Part shown: positions 10,001 to 18,499 of the stretch, one piece after another
Layout: each line of letters opens with the position of its first letter
Position numbering within the stretch: the stretch's first letter is position 1
Assembly (NCBI GenBank): GCA_965206645.1
Contig: CBDBKE010000002.1
Coordinates: forward strand, 128,001-192,000
Length of the DNA: 64,000 nucleotides
From: Terriglobia bacterium
GTDB lineage: Bacteria; Acidobacteriota; Terriglobia; JAJPHL01; JAPKYU01
Reading direction: 5' to 3'
The notes under the pieces: generated by a model
What the model saw: the letters and a program-made list of their open reading frames with translations, nothing else
Told to the model about the DNA's origin: nothing
Databases searched by the model: none
Position numbers and translations under genes: made by a program

Positions 10001-10497
10001 TCGTTTGCGATCTGTTCATAGAAACCGGGATCGCCAGGTCCCAACGTGCCTTTAGCCACTTCCTCAGGCCAGGGAGCGCCCAGGTTGATCCATTTCTCGA
10101 TGGCTGCAATCTCTTCGTCCGTGAGCTTGCTGCCGCCCATCGGCATCTTGAGGCCCTCGTGGCGAATGGCCTTTACCAGCAAGCTGTCCGCGGCACGGCC
10201 GGCGACAATCGCGGGGCCCTTATTTCCACCCTTCAAAATGTGGTCGCGGGAATCGAGCCGGAGTGACGAAAACTGCTGTGAGTCTCCGTGGCATGAGAAG
10301 CAGTGCTTCGCAAGGACAGGGCGAACCTGCTTCTCAAATAACTCGCCGGACTGGGTGTCGGGCTTCCTATCTTCGGCCCCCGCGACGGGGGTGTTACGAG
10401 CGACGAGGGGAAACAGAAGGAGCGCCAGCGCGGCCGTGATCCACGAAGAACTACGGACCTTGGAGCGAAGGGGTGCGCGTCTCCAAAACAGCAACAT
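7078..10497 (-). CDS. Planctomycete cytochrome c + PSD1 (DUF1549/DUF1553) protein
   Basis: CFSCH and CARCHDHKLDPI haem motifs; HWAFQP, GEHWARHWMD, NPLTARVLVNRIWQH and PSHPELLD motifs. Confidence 0.93.
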   Translation of the reverse strand: MLLFWRRAPLRSKVRSSSWITAALALLLFPLVARNTPVAGAEDRKPDTQSGELFEKQVRPVLAKHCFSCHGDSQQFSSLRLDSRDHILKGGNKGPAIVAGRAADSLLVKAIRHEGLKMPMGGSKLTDEEIAAIEKWINLGAPWPEEVAKGTLGPGDPGFYEQIANEHWAFQPVREPKPPLVKDTSWSDWSDHSADRFILAALEKAGLKPSPPADRRTLIRRLSFVLTGLPPSPLEVDLFERDQSPGAYQRLVDRLLASPHFGEHWARHWMDVMRFAETLGNDWNYELHGAWIYRDYLIRAFNQDLPYDQFIREHFAGDLLENPRVNREEGINESEIGTAFFRLGEQGHDDCTAFREVRTDVVDNQIDTLGKAFQGLTIACARCHDHKLDPIPTTDYYALYGVLTSSRLVTRTADLPEVHTALKQRLREMKPSIRAELARRWILETEMVPRYLLAAHRAWKGLPPEVEDLSELSLDRIQAWLSLLEKPKPGMEDPLYPWIQVAQSTADNPFAEWQKLAARYVEEGRARASFNRESFQPFGDFHLGGFGGGLGGFGGWHADGNVLTDGLSPSGEFAVASSGPKAVTGVFPAGVYTHALSERLNGALRSPFVPKDKKFVSIRVVGGKLGARRTILDNCMLSEAYEVLDQDSLGWVKIANRNEQKALPFYIELVTKPDNPRIPDRPKRLKASAEQVASPFSYFGITGAVLHEVDETPKDELTHMKQFFASEAPADLAALAQRYAAVARQALSAWVEGQASDEDAQWINWLLQNRLLTNSKGLSPQIRTLIDEYRAVESRIAPPRVFHGMADLGAGYDFPVLPGGDASHPGKPVARGFLQLISNSNGGFKVFGSGRRELAELIASPDNPLTARVLVNRIWQHLFGRGIVTTADNFGTYGEPPSHPELLDDLAVRFVRDGWSVKKLIRFLVLSKSFRQSSRYSPEAMVADPLNRLLSRYPVRRLEAESIRDAILTVSSRLDRTLYGPSTHPHREQPKDYRKLHQGPLDGNGRRSIYLKVTRHEGARFLEIFDFPNPTVTRGTRDVTNVPPQALALMNDPFVVDQAGVWADRLLVQTASIEGRIEAMFRTALCRLPDAAEAERFRELAKELASQRKVEEDKVLENRDVWKDVAHTVFNLKEFLYTR

Positions 10498-10620
10498 ACT
10501 GACTGTCCATCATATCACCCGACGATAGCAGCCTCAACCAAGCGGGAATCGAAATCAGGTTCATCCCCAATTAGCGTACGGGCGAGGCTCATCAGCAAAG
10601 CGCTGAACCGTTACGGACAT

Positions 10621-11733
10621 TCACCGTTTTTTGCGCTTCTTCCAAGCCCGGCCGATCGCATCCGCAGCCAGAATCCCATCTGTCACCATGTCAGGACTGA
10701 CGTCGAATGGTTCATTGTGGATCGTTTCTCCTTTTGCCGTAGCGCGGGCTGCGACCTGTTCGAGCATGTCCAGTGGCACGTCCCTCAGTCCAACCTCCGC
10801 CAGGGTGATGGGTAGACTGACACTAGTAGAGAAACTGAGCACTTCTTCTATCAGCTTTTGAGGCTTGCCTTCCATGACCAGCTGCACCAGGGTTCCGAAA
10901 GCAACTTTTTCGCCGTGGAAAAAAGGGTGGGTTGCAAGAGCTACTGTCAACCCATTGTGGATGGCGTGCGCCGCTGCCAGGCCCGACGACTCAAAGCCCA
11001 ACCCTGAAAGCAAAGTGTTGGCTTCAACCAATCGTTCAAGAGCCGGAGTGACGGCTTGGGTTTCGACAGCAAGCTTGGCATCCGTGCCGTCGTTTAGTAA
11101 AGTGCGATAGCAAAGTTCGGCTAGAGCCAGAGCGCTCTGAGTCGATCCACCACCCCGCATGTTCTTGACAGATCCCTCTACGCAGGTCCTGGCCTCAAAC
11201 ATCGTTGCCAGGGCATCACCCATTCCAGCTACGAGGAGCCGGACCGGACTTCGCGCAATCACCGCGGTATCGACTAGAACCAAATCGGGATTCCTACGAT
11301 AGAAGCGATACTGGTGAAAGACTCCCTCTTCGCTGTAAATCACAGACAATGCACTGCAGGGAGCGTCACTCGAGGCAATCGTGGGGCAGTTGACCACCGG
11401 CAAGCCTAAGTCGGCAGCCGCGGCTCGGCCGGTATCGAGTGCTTTTCCTCCTCCAGCAGCAATGATGACGCGTCCATTCATTCTTCTTGCCGAATCCTTA
11501 ACTCGCTCGATTTCGGCAAGAGAGCATTCTCCCCCGAACTGGTGTATCTCAAAGGGGATACCTGCATCGCCCAAGGTCTTGCGCCACGTCTCCAACAGCA
11601 TTCTGACGGCCGTTTTGCCGGCTAAGATCAGGGCTGGACCATCGAGACCAAGAGCACCCATTTCCTGACCAAGCACCTGCGTAGCGTTCTTTCCCTGCGT
11701 GTAACGACTAGGGCACGAAAACACGGATAACAT
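10621..11733 (-). CDS. gldA: Glycerol dehydrogenase
   Basis: PSRYTQG, GGGKALD, PTIASSDAPCSALSVIY, GFESSGLAAAHAIHNG and HGEKVAFG motifs. Confidence 0.93.
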   Translation of the reverse strand: MLSVFSCPSRYTQGKNATQVLGQEMGALGLDGPALILAGKTAVRMLLETWRKTLGDAGIPFEIHQFGGECSLAEIERVKDSARRMNGRVIIAAGGGKALDTGRAAAADLGLPVVNCPTIASSDAPCSALSVIYSEEGVFHQYRFYRRNPDLVLVDTAVIARSPVRLLVAGMGDALATMFEARTCVEGSVKNMRGGGSTQSALALAELCYRTLLNDGTDAKLAVETQAVTPALERLVEANTLLSGLGFESSGLAAAHAIHNGLTVALATHPFFHGEKVAFGTLVQLVMEGKPQKLIEEVLSFSTSVSLPITLAEVGLRDVPLDMLEQVAARATAKGETIHNEPFDVSPDMVTDGILAADAIGRAWKKRKKR

Positions 11734-11816
11734 GAATCCTCCTCACGACAGCTACTGAGAATGTCTGGCCGAGCATCCCGCATAGATCGCACCTCGTCAG
11801 AATCGTATAACAACTC

Positions 11817-13889
11817 TTGGAAGACCTATCTTGTATAATCCATCTGCAGAAGATGCCAAGGGAACAATTGGTCGGCCGTGTAAAAACCGCAGTTGGCTAC
11901 CGGCTTGGGTTGACAGCCAGTCTAGCCGCACAAGATAGGCGTCAACCTTGGTGTTGCTTGCAATGGTGGTGCTTACGATGTGGAGTACTTGTGTGGTGGA
12001 TTTTCTTGGTGGTTGGAGGAGGTCTGCCCGCCTTTGCATCTGGGACTTCGCTGTCTAGTTCTGGGGCCCAGATTTATCGTGACCACTGCGCACGCTGTCA
12101 TGGAAGGAATGGCGAGGGAAGCGGCTCTGTATCGGGCCTAAGAGATACGACCCTCTCACGCACTGACGTGATCTCGGTGGTGAGCGACGGAATCCCCGAG
12201 ACAACGATGCTCGGCTGGAAGGGTCGGCTCAGCGATCTGGAAATTAAAAGCGTGGTCGATTTCATGTTCTTGATCATCCGCACTTCACGAGCGGAGACAG
12301 ATGAAGCGGCGGATTGGACCCATCACCATCGCAGCTTGTCGGCCCATCGCTATGTGCCACTCGATCAGATAAATCGTGAAAATATCCAAAAGCTTCGCGT
12401 AGCGTGGGCTTTCTCGCTTGGTGTGCAAGGAGGTCTGGAAGGGACGCCGGCGATCGAAGACGGTTTCATGTATGTCACCTCTGGCTGGGGGGAAGTCTTC
12501 AAACTGGACCTTCGAAACGAGGGCAGGCTCGTGTGGCGGTTTGATCCCAAGGTTCCCCGGGACGTGGTGCGCGTAGTCTGCTGCGGTATTAACAACCGTG
12601 GAGTGGCTATCGCAGGGGAAACAATTATCGAGAACACGCTCGACGGTCGGACGATCGCGATCGACAAGCAAACGGGAAAGAAGGTGTGGGAGACACGTCT
12701 CGCCCGTCCGGAAAAGGGGGAATCCTCTACGGCGGCTCCCTTAGTCGCCAAAGGAAAGGTTTTCACCGGCGTTGCCGGGGGCGAGTATGGGATCCGCGGC
12801 TGGATTGCGGCCCTCGACCTAAAAACCGGCGATCTAGTGTGGAAAATTTACACGATCCCGGGTCCGGGAGAAGCCGGGCACGAAACCTGGGCCGGAGACT
12901 CATGGAAGACAGGGGGAGGGCCAACCTGGATTACCGGATCCTACGATCGCGAGCTTGAGACTCTTTACTGGGGCGTGGGAAACCCAGGTCCGGACTGGGA
13001 TCCCTCCTATCGGGCAGGCGACAACCTCTACACGAGCTCGGTTTTGGCCCTTAACCCTGAGACCGGAAAGATCAAGTGGCACTACCAGTACACACCGGCA
13101 GACGCCTGGGACTATGACGGCAATAACGAGAGCATCTTGCTGGACGTTGAGATCCGCGGCCAAAAACGCCGCGCCCTGATTCACGCCGACCGAAACGGAT
13201 TCTTCTACGCCCTCGATCGAACCACCGGGCAGTTTATCTACGCCGTCCAGTTCGTAGACAAGCTCACCTGGACCTCGGGCCTGGATCCTAGGACGGGTCG
13301 ACCCCTCGACCGGAATCTAAAAACGGTGCCAAGCAAGGATAACCCGAGAGCGTCCACCTGCCCCGGGAATATGGGCGGGAAGAACTGGCCTCCAATGTCC
13401 TATAGTCCGAATGAAAGGCTCGCTTTCATCCCCGTCATCGAAAGCTGTAACGTGCTTGTTCATAAGCCGCAGGACTACAAGCCTGCTGAGCTCTTTGTGG
13501 GCGGAGGACTGGACAACACGCAAAACGAGATCACCGGGAGTCTGACGGCATTCGATGTAGCGAGGGGTGAAATTCGGTGGAAGACGCGCACTTCATCTCC
13601 GCTTCTCGGAGGCACGCTTGCCACTGCGGGAGGGCTCGTTTTTACAGGCGATCCTAGTGGGCGTTTCTCAGCCTATGACAGCTCCACAGGCGACGAACTC
13701 TGGCACTTTCAGACGGGAACCGGCATCAACGCCCCACCTGTCAGCTTCGCCGTGGATGGGCGACAGCAGGTCGCAATCTTGGCGGGCACGGGAGGCGCCT
13801 GGCCTCTCTGGTTCATGGACTCAACACCGTGGCTCCGCGACGTCCGGCCGGGTGCCATGCTCTACGTCTTCGATCTGGAGGGTGAGTGA
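11817..13889 (+). CDS. PQQ-dependent alcohol dehydrogenase (PedH/ExaF/XoxF-like) with N-terminal cytochrome c; true start probably downstream of 11817
   Basis: Signal-like segment ending PAFA; CARCH at 12087-12101; vicinal CC (VVCCGINNRG); GGEYGIRG; GNPGP; WDYDGNNE at 13107-13130; CPGNMGGKNW. Confidence 0.9.
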   Translation: MEDLSCIIHLQKMPREQLVGRVKTAVGYRLGLTASLAAQDRRQPWCCLQWWCLRCGVLVWWIFLVVGGGLPAFASGTSLSSSGAQIYRDHCARCHGRNGEGSGSVSGLRDTTLSRTDVISVVSDGIPETTMLGWKGRLSDLEIKSVVDFMFLIIRTSRAETDEAADWTHHHRSLSAHRYVPLDQINRENIQKLRVAWAFSLGVQGGLEGTPAIEDGFMYVTSGWGEVFKLDLRNEGRLVWRFDPKVPRDVVRVVCCGINNRGVAIAGETIIENTLDGRTIAIDKQTGKKVWETRLARPEKGESSTAAPLVAKGKVFTGVAGGEYGIRGWIAALDLKTGDLVWKIYTIPGPGEAGHETWAGDSWKTGGGPTWITGSYDRELETLYWGVGNPGPDWDPSYRAGDNLYTSSVLALNPETGKIKWHYQYTPADAWDYDGNNESILLDVEIRGQKRRALIHADRNGFFYALDRTTGQFIYAVQFVDKLTWTSGLDPRTGRPLDRNLKTVPSKDNPRASTCPGNMGGKNWPPMSYSPNERLAFIPVIESCNVLVHKPQDYKPAELFVGGGLDNTQNEITGSLTAFDVARGEIRWKTRTSSPLLGGTLATAGGLVFTGDPSGRFSAYDSSTGDELWHFQTGTGINAPPVSFAVDGRQQVAILAGTGGAWPLWFMDSTPWLRDVRPGAMLYVFDLEGE

Positions 13890-14499
13890 ACCAAGCGGTC
13901 TCACACCCATTCTGGAAAGTGTGAGTCGAGACCTCGACACGCAAGCCGGCGTAGAGGAACAACACGGCAAGATCGAAGCTCTGTTCTCCGAGCTCAAGCG
14001 GCGCTCAGGCCCGCGGCGGCGCCTTTTCGTTGTCACCCAAATACCTCCCAATAGTAGCTGCCCAGGATGAGATAGCGCTCCCGATTGGTGGTGGTATCCG
14101 ACAGGTCGAAGTGATACAGCTGGCGGCCGATGCCCCGAATCTGTGTGGGCTAACACAACAGGGTTACGGCACAATCTACGTCCCACTTTTTCCTCTTGCT
14201 CGTCCGAATTTAGGCTTTCGCCAATGGGGCGGGTCTTGCTCCTAAATAGGAAGTCAGGCCCGACAGAGGATTGAAAAGTTGAAAACCTCTGCGAGTAGGG
14301 GGACGTGCGCTTGGTTGCCTACCAGCCTAAACGGCTTCACCATGTGCGTGTACCTCGATCCAAAGGATGGTGGCATTGTAGGGAACCGATAGTAGGGCCT
14401 CAATAGATCGGAAGCTACATTTTTGACGCAGTACGAAATTCCTACCGGAGACCGTGGGACTAGTACTGTCGCCAAGCGGATGTGGAGCGAGTCCGAGTC

Positions 14500-14742
14500 C
14501 ATGTTTCCACTGAAGCCGCCCGCCACATGGTTCCCGGAAGCCTGCCAGCAGGCGAACGTTCTCAACTTCACCTGGCACTGCTTTCGTCACACCTTTGCCA
14601 ACGGGCTTGTCATGGCGGGAGTCGATCTGCGGACCGTGCAGGAACTGAGGGCCACAAGAGCATCTTGACCACGATGCGGTATGCACACCTAACCCCTGGC
14701 CATCAGGTCGCAGCCGTTGAGCTTCTGGGCGGCCCCAACTGA
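14500..14742 (+). pseudogene. Tyrosine integrase C-terminal remnant (frameshifted)
   Basis: FTWHCFRHTFANGLVMAGVDLRTVQEL in one frame continues as GHKSILTTMRYAHL in the next (H-x-x-R, H and Y catalytic residues). Confidence 0.85.
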
Positions 14743-14819
14743 CACCCTTGCTGACACCAGGGCTTTTGAGTTTACTGGTGATGAATTGGCTGTTGCGGTG
14801 TAAACAGTTTGTAGTGAAG

Positions 14820-14905
14820 TGCCCGGGGCGGGAGTCGAACCCGCACGGCCCTTTGGGGCCAAGGGATTTTAAGTCCCTTGCGTCTGCCAGTTCCGCCACC
14901 CAGGC
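14820..14905 (-). tRNA. tRNA-Leu(UAA), CCA not encoded
   Basis: GCCTGGGTGGCGGAACTGGCAGACGC-AAGGGAC-TTAAAA-TCCCTT with a long variable arm, GTTCGACTC T-loop and acceptor stem GCCTGGG/CCCGGGC. Confidence 0.97.
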
Positions 14906-14923
14906 GTGTTGAACACAATGAAG

Positions 14924-15300
14924 TTAGCTGACATGGCGTTCGGATTCGCCTTCGGGTGTGGGGAATTTTGTGGGGACTAGTTGCACTTTTGTACCTTCTG
15001 GCAGTCTTCTAACAGCCTTTTCGTTCATAGATTCCAGCCGCTCGAAGACCCGCTCCAGGGATTCGGGCGAAGGGTGCACGTACCGCTGGGAAACGGTCAC
15101 GCTGGAATGTCCCATCAGTCGCTTAATCTCAAAAGCGTCAGCCCCAGCCTCGCCCATGCGAGTTCCGAAGGTGTGCCTGAGAGAGTGTACCACGAAGTCT
15201 TTGCCCAGCTTCAAGACCCCCCGAGTCCGGGCATGCTGATCGTCTAACGTAAAGTTCGCGAGTGGGCGTAGCCATCTTCGCTAGTGAATACCCAAGGTGT
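14924..15300 (-). pseudogene. Second tyrosine integrase C-terminal remnant
   Basis: HSLRHTFGTRMGEAGADAFEIKRLMGHSSVTVSQRYVH; an upstream PWVF patch lies in another frame; the N-terminal domains are absent. Confidence 0.85.
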
Positions 15301-15395
15301 TGCCCGCCCACATTCTAGCCGATGAGACGGCTCGCAAATCGCTTCCGCAAAGAAGCCCTGACTCTTTCCAAACTGAACCACGCGCCACTCCCATT

Positions 15396-16451
15396 TTAAA
15401 CTTCAGCCTGAACCGTGACTCCAACTGAGTTAGCCGTCTCGACGAGCCGCTCCCACACGTCGTCTAGGATCGGAATTCCATCGCGCTGGCGCGTCGCACG
15501 GGCTGTAGACTCCATGTCGCCCGGCACGAGCACCGCCTTGAAGCCAGGAGCGGGGGGAATGGCCCGGACCCGCTCTTGCATCTGCTCCGCGCGAGTTGTG
15601 TAGCCCTCCAGGGGCTGAAACAGGTCAGCTCGAATCGCCACCAGGGTTCCTCCCTGGTGCCGCATGACGGGACCGCCGCGCTCTGTTTCGGCATAGTCAT
15701 CCGAACCGGTAAGAATGCGGCCGAAAAACTCGGCTGCCATCATGAGCCCGTAACCCTTGTGCGAGCCGAAGGGCAGGTGTGCTCCACCATCGAAGAATGC
15801 GGCCGTGTCCGTGGTAGGATTGCCATCCTTGTCGACGATCGAGTTCGGCGGAAGTTCCTGCCCTCGGCTCCTCGCCAACTCGATCTTGCTGCCGGCAATC
15901 GCGGTTGTAGCGTAGTCGAACATCATGGGCGAGTCCTTCCCCGCCGGAAAGCCGATCGAGACAGGGTTCGTGGAAAGGACCGCAGACCGGCCTCCGTAGG
16001 GAACTGCCACCGGCGTTCCTACGCCGTATCCCCCCGCCCAGACCATCCCGATCAACTGCCGCTCGACCGCCATGTCCACGTAGTACCCGAGCCTGCCGAT
16101 GTGCGTGGTTTCGACAATAGCCGTCACGGCCACTCCGTGTTCCTCCGCCTTGTTGATCGCCACTTCCATGGCATCCCGAGCCGTGACGTGGCCGAACCCC
16201 CAGTTGCCTCGAAGCAGCGCGCTAGTAGGACCCTCTTGAACGACCTCCGGATCGGCAGTCGGTGCGAGCACTCCGTCGTTGATCATCTTCACGTATCGGC
16301 CGAGATGATGAATCCCGTGTGTGTCAACGCCGGCCAGGTTTGCCGCCACCAGATGATCGGCAACGCCGCTCGCGTTGCGTTGACTGGCTCCCGCGGCGAG
16401 CAGGATCCGGTTGACGAGTGCTCGTAAGTCTTCGGCTGTCTTGATTACCAT
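15396..16451 (-). CDS. Ldh_2 family (malate/L-lactate/L-sulfolactate-type) oxidoreductase
   Basis: GVDTHG, HIGRLGYY, STNP, DYATT, HKGYGL and VLVPG motifs. Confidence 0.9.
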   Translation of the reverse strand: MVIKTAEDLRALVNRILLAAGASQRNASGVADHLVAANLAGVDTHGIHHLGRYVKMINDGVLAPTADPEVVQEGPTSALLRGNWGFGHVTARDAMEVAINKAEEHGVAVTAIVETTHIGRLGYYVDMAVERQLIGMVWAGGYGVGTPVAVPYGGRSAVLSTNPVSIGFPAGKDSPMMFDYATTAIAGSKIELARSRGQELPPNSIVDKDGNPTTDTAAFFDGGAHLPFGSHKGYGLMMAAEFFGRILTGSDDYAETERGGPVMRHQGGTLVAIRADLFQPLEGYTTRAEQMQERVRAIPPAPGFKAVLVPGDMESTARATRQRDGIPILDDVWERLVETANSVGVTVQAEV

Positions 16452-16702
16452 CTATGTTGCCCTTCCTAAGTTGTGCTCTTGAAATAGTTCCGATCCTAGC
16501 GCTACCTGCGTCAATCTTTTGGGCTCGTCCGAGGCGACGACACGGCTGAAGCTGTGAGAAAATGCGGCTGTCCCGACGTCCTGAGGCGCTTCAATCAATT
16601 CACTTGGCAGCGGTTCACTCATTCCTGCGGTGCTCCAATGTGTCCGTTCGACCCCGTTGATGAAGAGGACGCGCTGGCTGCACCCCGCGCGGCACGCTCC
16701 AA

Positions 16703-16765
16703 CTACTCCGCGATCCGGCCACCGTCGATGACGATATCTGTTCCGGTGATGAATCCCGCTTCTTC
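16703..16765 (-). pseudogene. C-terminal relic of an SDR oxidoreductase
   Basis: EEAGFITGTDIVIDGGRIAE* is the classic SDR C-terminus; the rest of the gene is absent. Confidence 0.55.
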
Positions 16766-17088
16766 TCTACATAGGTTCGGCCCTATAAATCCGCAGCGCA
16801 ACCCCGCCTGAGCACGCCACGTGCCACCTATTTTCGGCTCTGAGCGAGATTACTACTTGATAACTGCGACATACCAGCCAAGATGGCGTGACGATAGCTG
16901 TGCGATAAATAAAGGCCGCCAAGCCCCCACACCCTCCAAGCTGGAACATAGGTAAACACTCGCCCGTTAGTGGGAACCTATCCGGCAAAGGTAACCGATA
17001 ACCTGTCATCGCTTGACCTGAACCGCGCAGTCCATTGACTTACCCAGAACAAGCCTACTACACTGTGCTTCACTTGAGGAGGACACGA

Positions 17089-17184
17089 GTGTACGAGGAA
17101 ATTCGTGTTCCAATTTGGCTTATCATAGTCATTGGCATCGCCATTTTCGTGGCGTTCACTAGCCGCCGTGCGCCCCGGCTGTAA
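17089..17184 (+). CDS. 31-aa single-TM small protein (not in ORF track)
   Basis: MYEEIRVPIWLIIVIGIAIFVAFTSRRAPRL; GAGGAGG SD 6 nt before the GTG; upstream TTGACT-N18-TACACT (17035-17064). Confidence 0.6.
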   Translation: MYEEIRVPIWLIIVIGIAIFVAFTSRRAPRL

Positions 17185-17357
17185 GTCGAGAAGCCATCAA
17201 GCCATCAACAGCGGTCACAGAATCCGACGCCCATTAATTGGGGGACCCTGCCTAGAGGGAGAGTCAGACTTATGCAATCTTGCATATCTTCGACCTTCCC
17301 CTAGGACTACTCGACCGGGAGGGTGAGGCCCGAACATGGCCGTTTCTTGACGTCGCA

Positions 17358-17456
17358 GCCTAACGGCAGGCTTCAGCGGCCGTGGGGGGCTGAGAAGATA
17401 CCCGCCTGGCACCTCCTCCTCGCACCCCCACCGTCCGCTGCAAGCCCGTGTTAGGC
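17358..17456 (-). mobile_element. Integron attC site (99 bp)
   Basis: Minus strand: R'' GCCTAAC, 5 bp, L'' CTTGCAGC ... L' GCTGAAG, 6 bp, R' GTTAGGC. There is an extra base in L'' and an extra A just inside; the site lies 34 bp after the stop of the cassette gene. Confidence 0.85.
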
Positions 17457-17489
17457 TCGTCTACACGACGCGCTGCCATAGCAGTTTAG

Positions 17490-18251
17490 CTACGGCTGAG
17501 GCCCAATCGGGTGGGTTTTCAGGAGTTCCTTCGCTACTTGGGTTGCCTTGGGAGCACATGCGGGATGTCCCCAACCACCTGCACTCACGCCGTTCGTAAT
17601 GTCATTCACAATATTATCGTCTTTCGTCGGGCTCACTCCCGCAGGAACGTTGTCCAAGTTGAGTGTATGGCGGACCTTCCACGAGATGTTATGGTCTGCG
17701 CAGGAGCTATCACCACTGACGCCAACCGCTCCCACCAGTTTGCCATCGTGATCATACAAGGGCAAACCACCGCCAAACACATTCACTCCTCCAATCTTCT
17801 GACCGACCATAGGGTCCTTTGCCGTGCCAATGGCGTCAGAAGGGCCGCCATAGGCCACGTCCGTAGCCACGGGATTGCTCAACTGGAGCCCAAACAAACT
17901 CCCTCCTGGCTGCACCGCTGAAAAGAGATTTGCCGTTGATAACGCCAGTCCCGGAAGACTGAACGCATTGGCCGTGTTGGCTTTTTGTGCCGAGATGACC
18001 CGGCTCCCCGGCCATTGATCGCCTCGCGCTTTCCCGGAAAAAACGACGGCCCGCACCACACCATCCCGGTCGACGATAGTGGCCCACATATGGAGACCAA
18101 AGCCTCCGTTCTCCTCTGCAACCACCGTTTTCAGGGCGGCCTGGAGTTTCGCGTGGGTTGGTAAGTGACTGGCTGCAGGTAAAAACATGGCAGTCAATAC
18201 AACGGTTGCCACAGCAGCACTGAGGATTCCTTTCTGGTCTTTCATGCTCAC
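17490..18251 (-). CDS. Secreted haem-binding protein (GlcG/HbpS, DUF336), gene-cassette ORF
   Basis: Signal peptide; ATIVDRDG, ISAQKANTA, FGGGLPL and GAVGVSG motifs; AAGGAGG SD. Confidence 0.88.
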   Translation of the reverse strand: MSMKDQKGILSAAVATVVLTAMFLPAASHLPTHAKLQAALKTVVAEENGGFGLHMWATIVDRDGVVRAVVFSGKARGDQWPGSRVISAQKANTANAFSLPGLALSTANLFSAVQPGGSLFGLQLSNPVATDVAYGGPSDAIGTAKDPMVGQKIGGVNVFGGGLPLYDHDGKLVGAVGVSGDSSCADHNISWKVRHTLNLDNVPAGVSPTKDDNIVNDITNGVSAGGWGHPACAPKATQVAKELLKTHPIGPQP

Positions 18252-18281
18252 AACCTCCTTGTTGACGATGCCAGCTTCGGA

Positions 18282-18300
18282 GCCTAACTCTTGTTTAGGC
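18282..18300 (-). other. attI-like simple site
   Basis: GCCTAAA-CAAGA-GTTAGGC has the same layout as attI1 (CCCTAAA-ACAAA-GTTRRRY). Its TTAGGC is the exact complement of the attC R'' GCCTAA. Confidence 0.7.
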
Positions 18301-18349
18301 TGACCTGGATAAAACCGGCCGGTCGGCCTAGCACTAGAGAGGTGCGCGG

Positions 18350-18379
18350 AGTGTAGGTCCTGCTGGCGTGGATTGTCAA
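18350..18379 (-). promoter_or_regulatory. Pc-like sigma70 promoter facing attI and the cassette
   Basis: TTGACA (18379-18374), N18, TACACT (18355-18350). Confidence 0.65.
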
Positions 18380-18432
18380 CAGCGCGCCAGCACTTGGTGG
18401 CTGGTTGGACCCCACAAGTGCGGCAGACGGCA

Positions 18433-18447
18433 GTTCAGCTAGTGTTT
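18433..18447 (+). promoter_or_regulatory. Putative LexA box (GTTC-N7-GTTC type, one mismatch)
   Basis: GTTC-agctagt-GTTT, at the position where an intI promoter would lie. Confidence 0.35.
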
Positions 18448-18499
18448 ACCTTGATGATTTCTCGGTTGTGCGCACCGGGCGGGGACAAACTCTCGGGAG

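Noticed and set aside
14327-14899. 190-aa ORF
   Set aside because: It reads through the tRNA-Leu gene and the antisense strand of the integrase relic.
14500-15300. Integrase relics as the missing integron integrase IntI
   Set aside because: They abut a tRNA with arm-type repeats, lie on the wrong side of the cassette relative to attI, and their box II sequences resemble island integrases rather than IntI (RHSFATHLL).
16774-16972. Possible second attC (GCCGAAC or CACTAAC on the minus strand)
   Set aside because: No L''/L' boxes or complementary R' could be paired.
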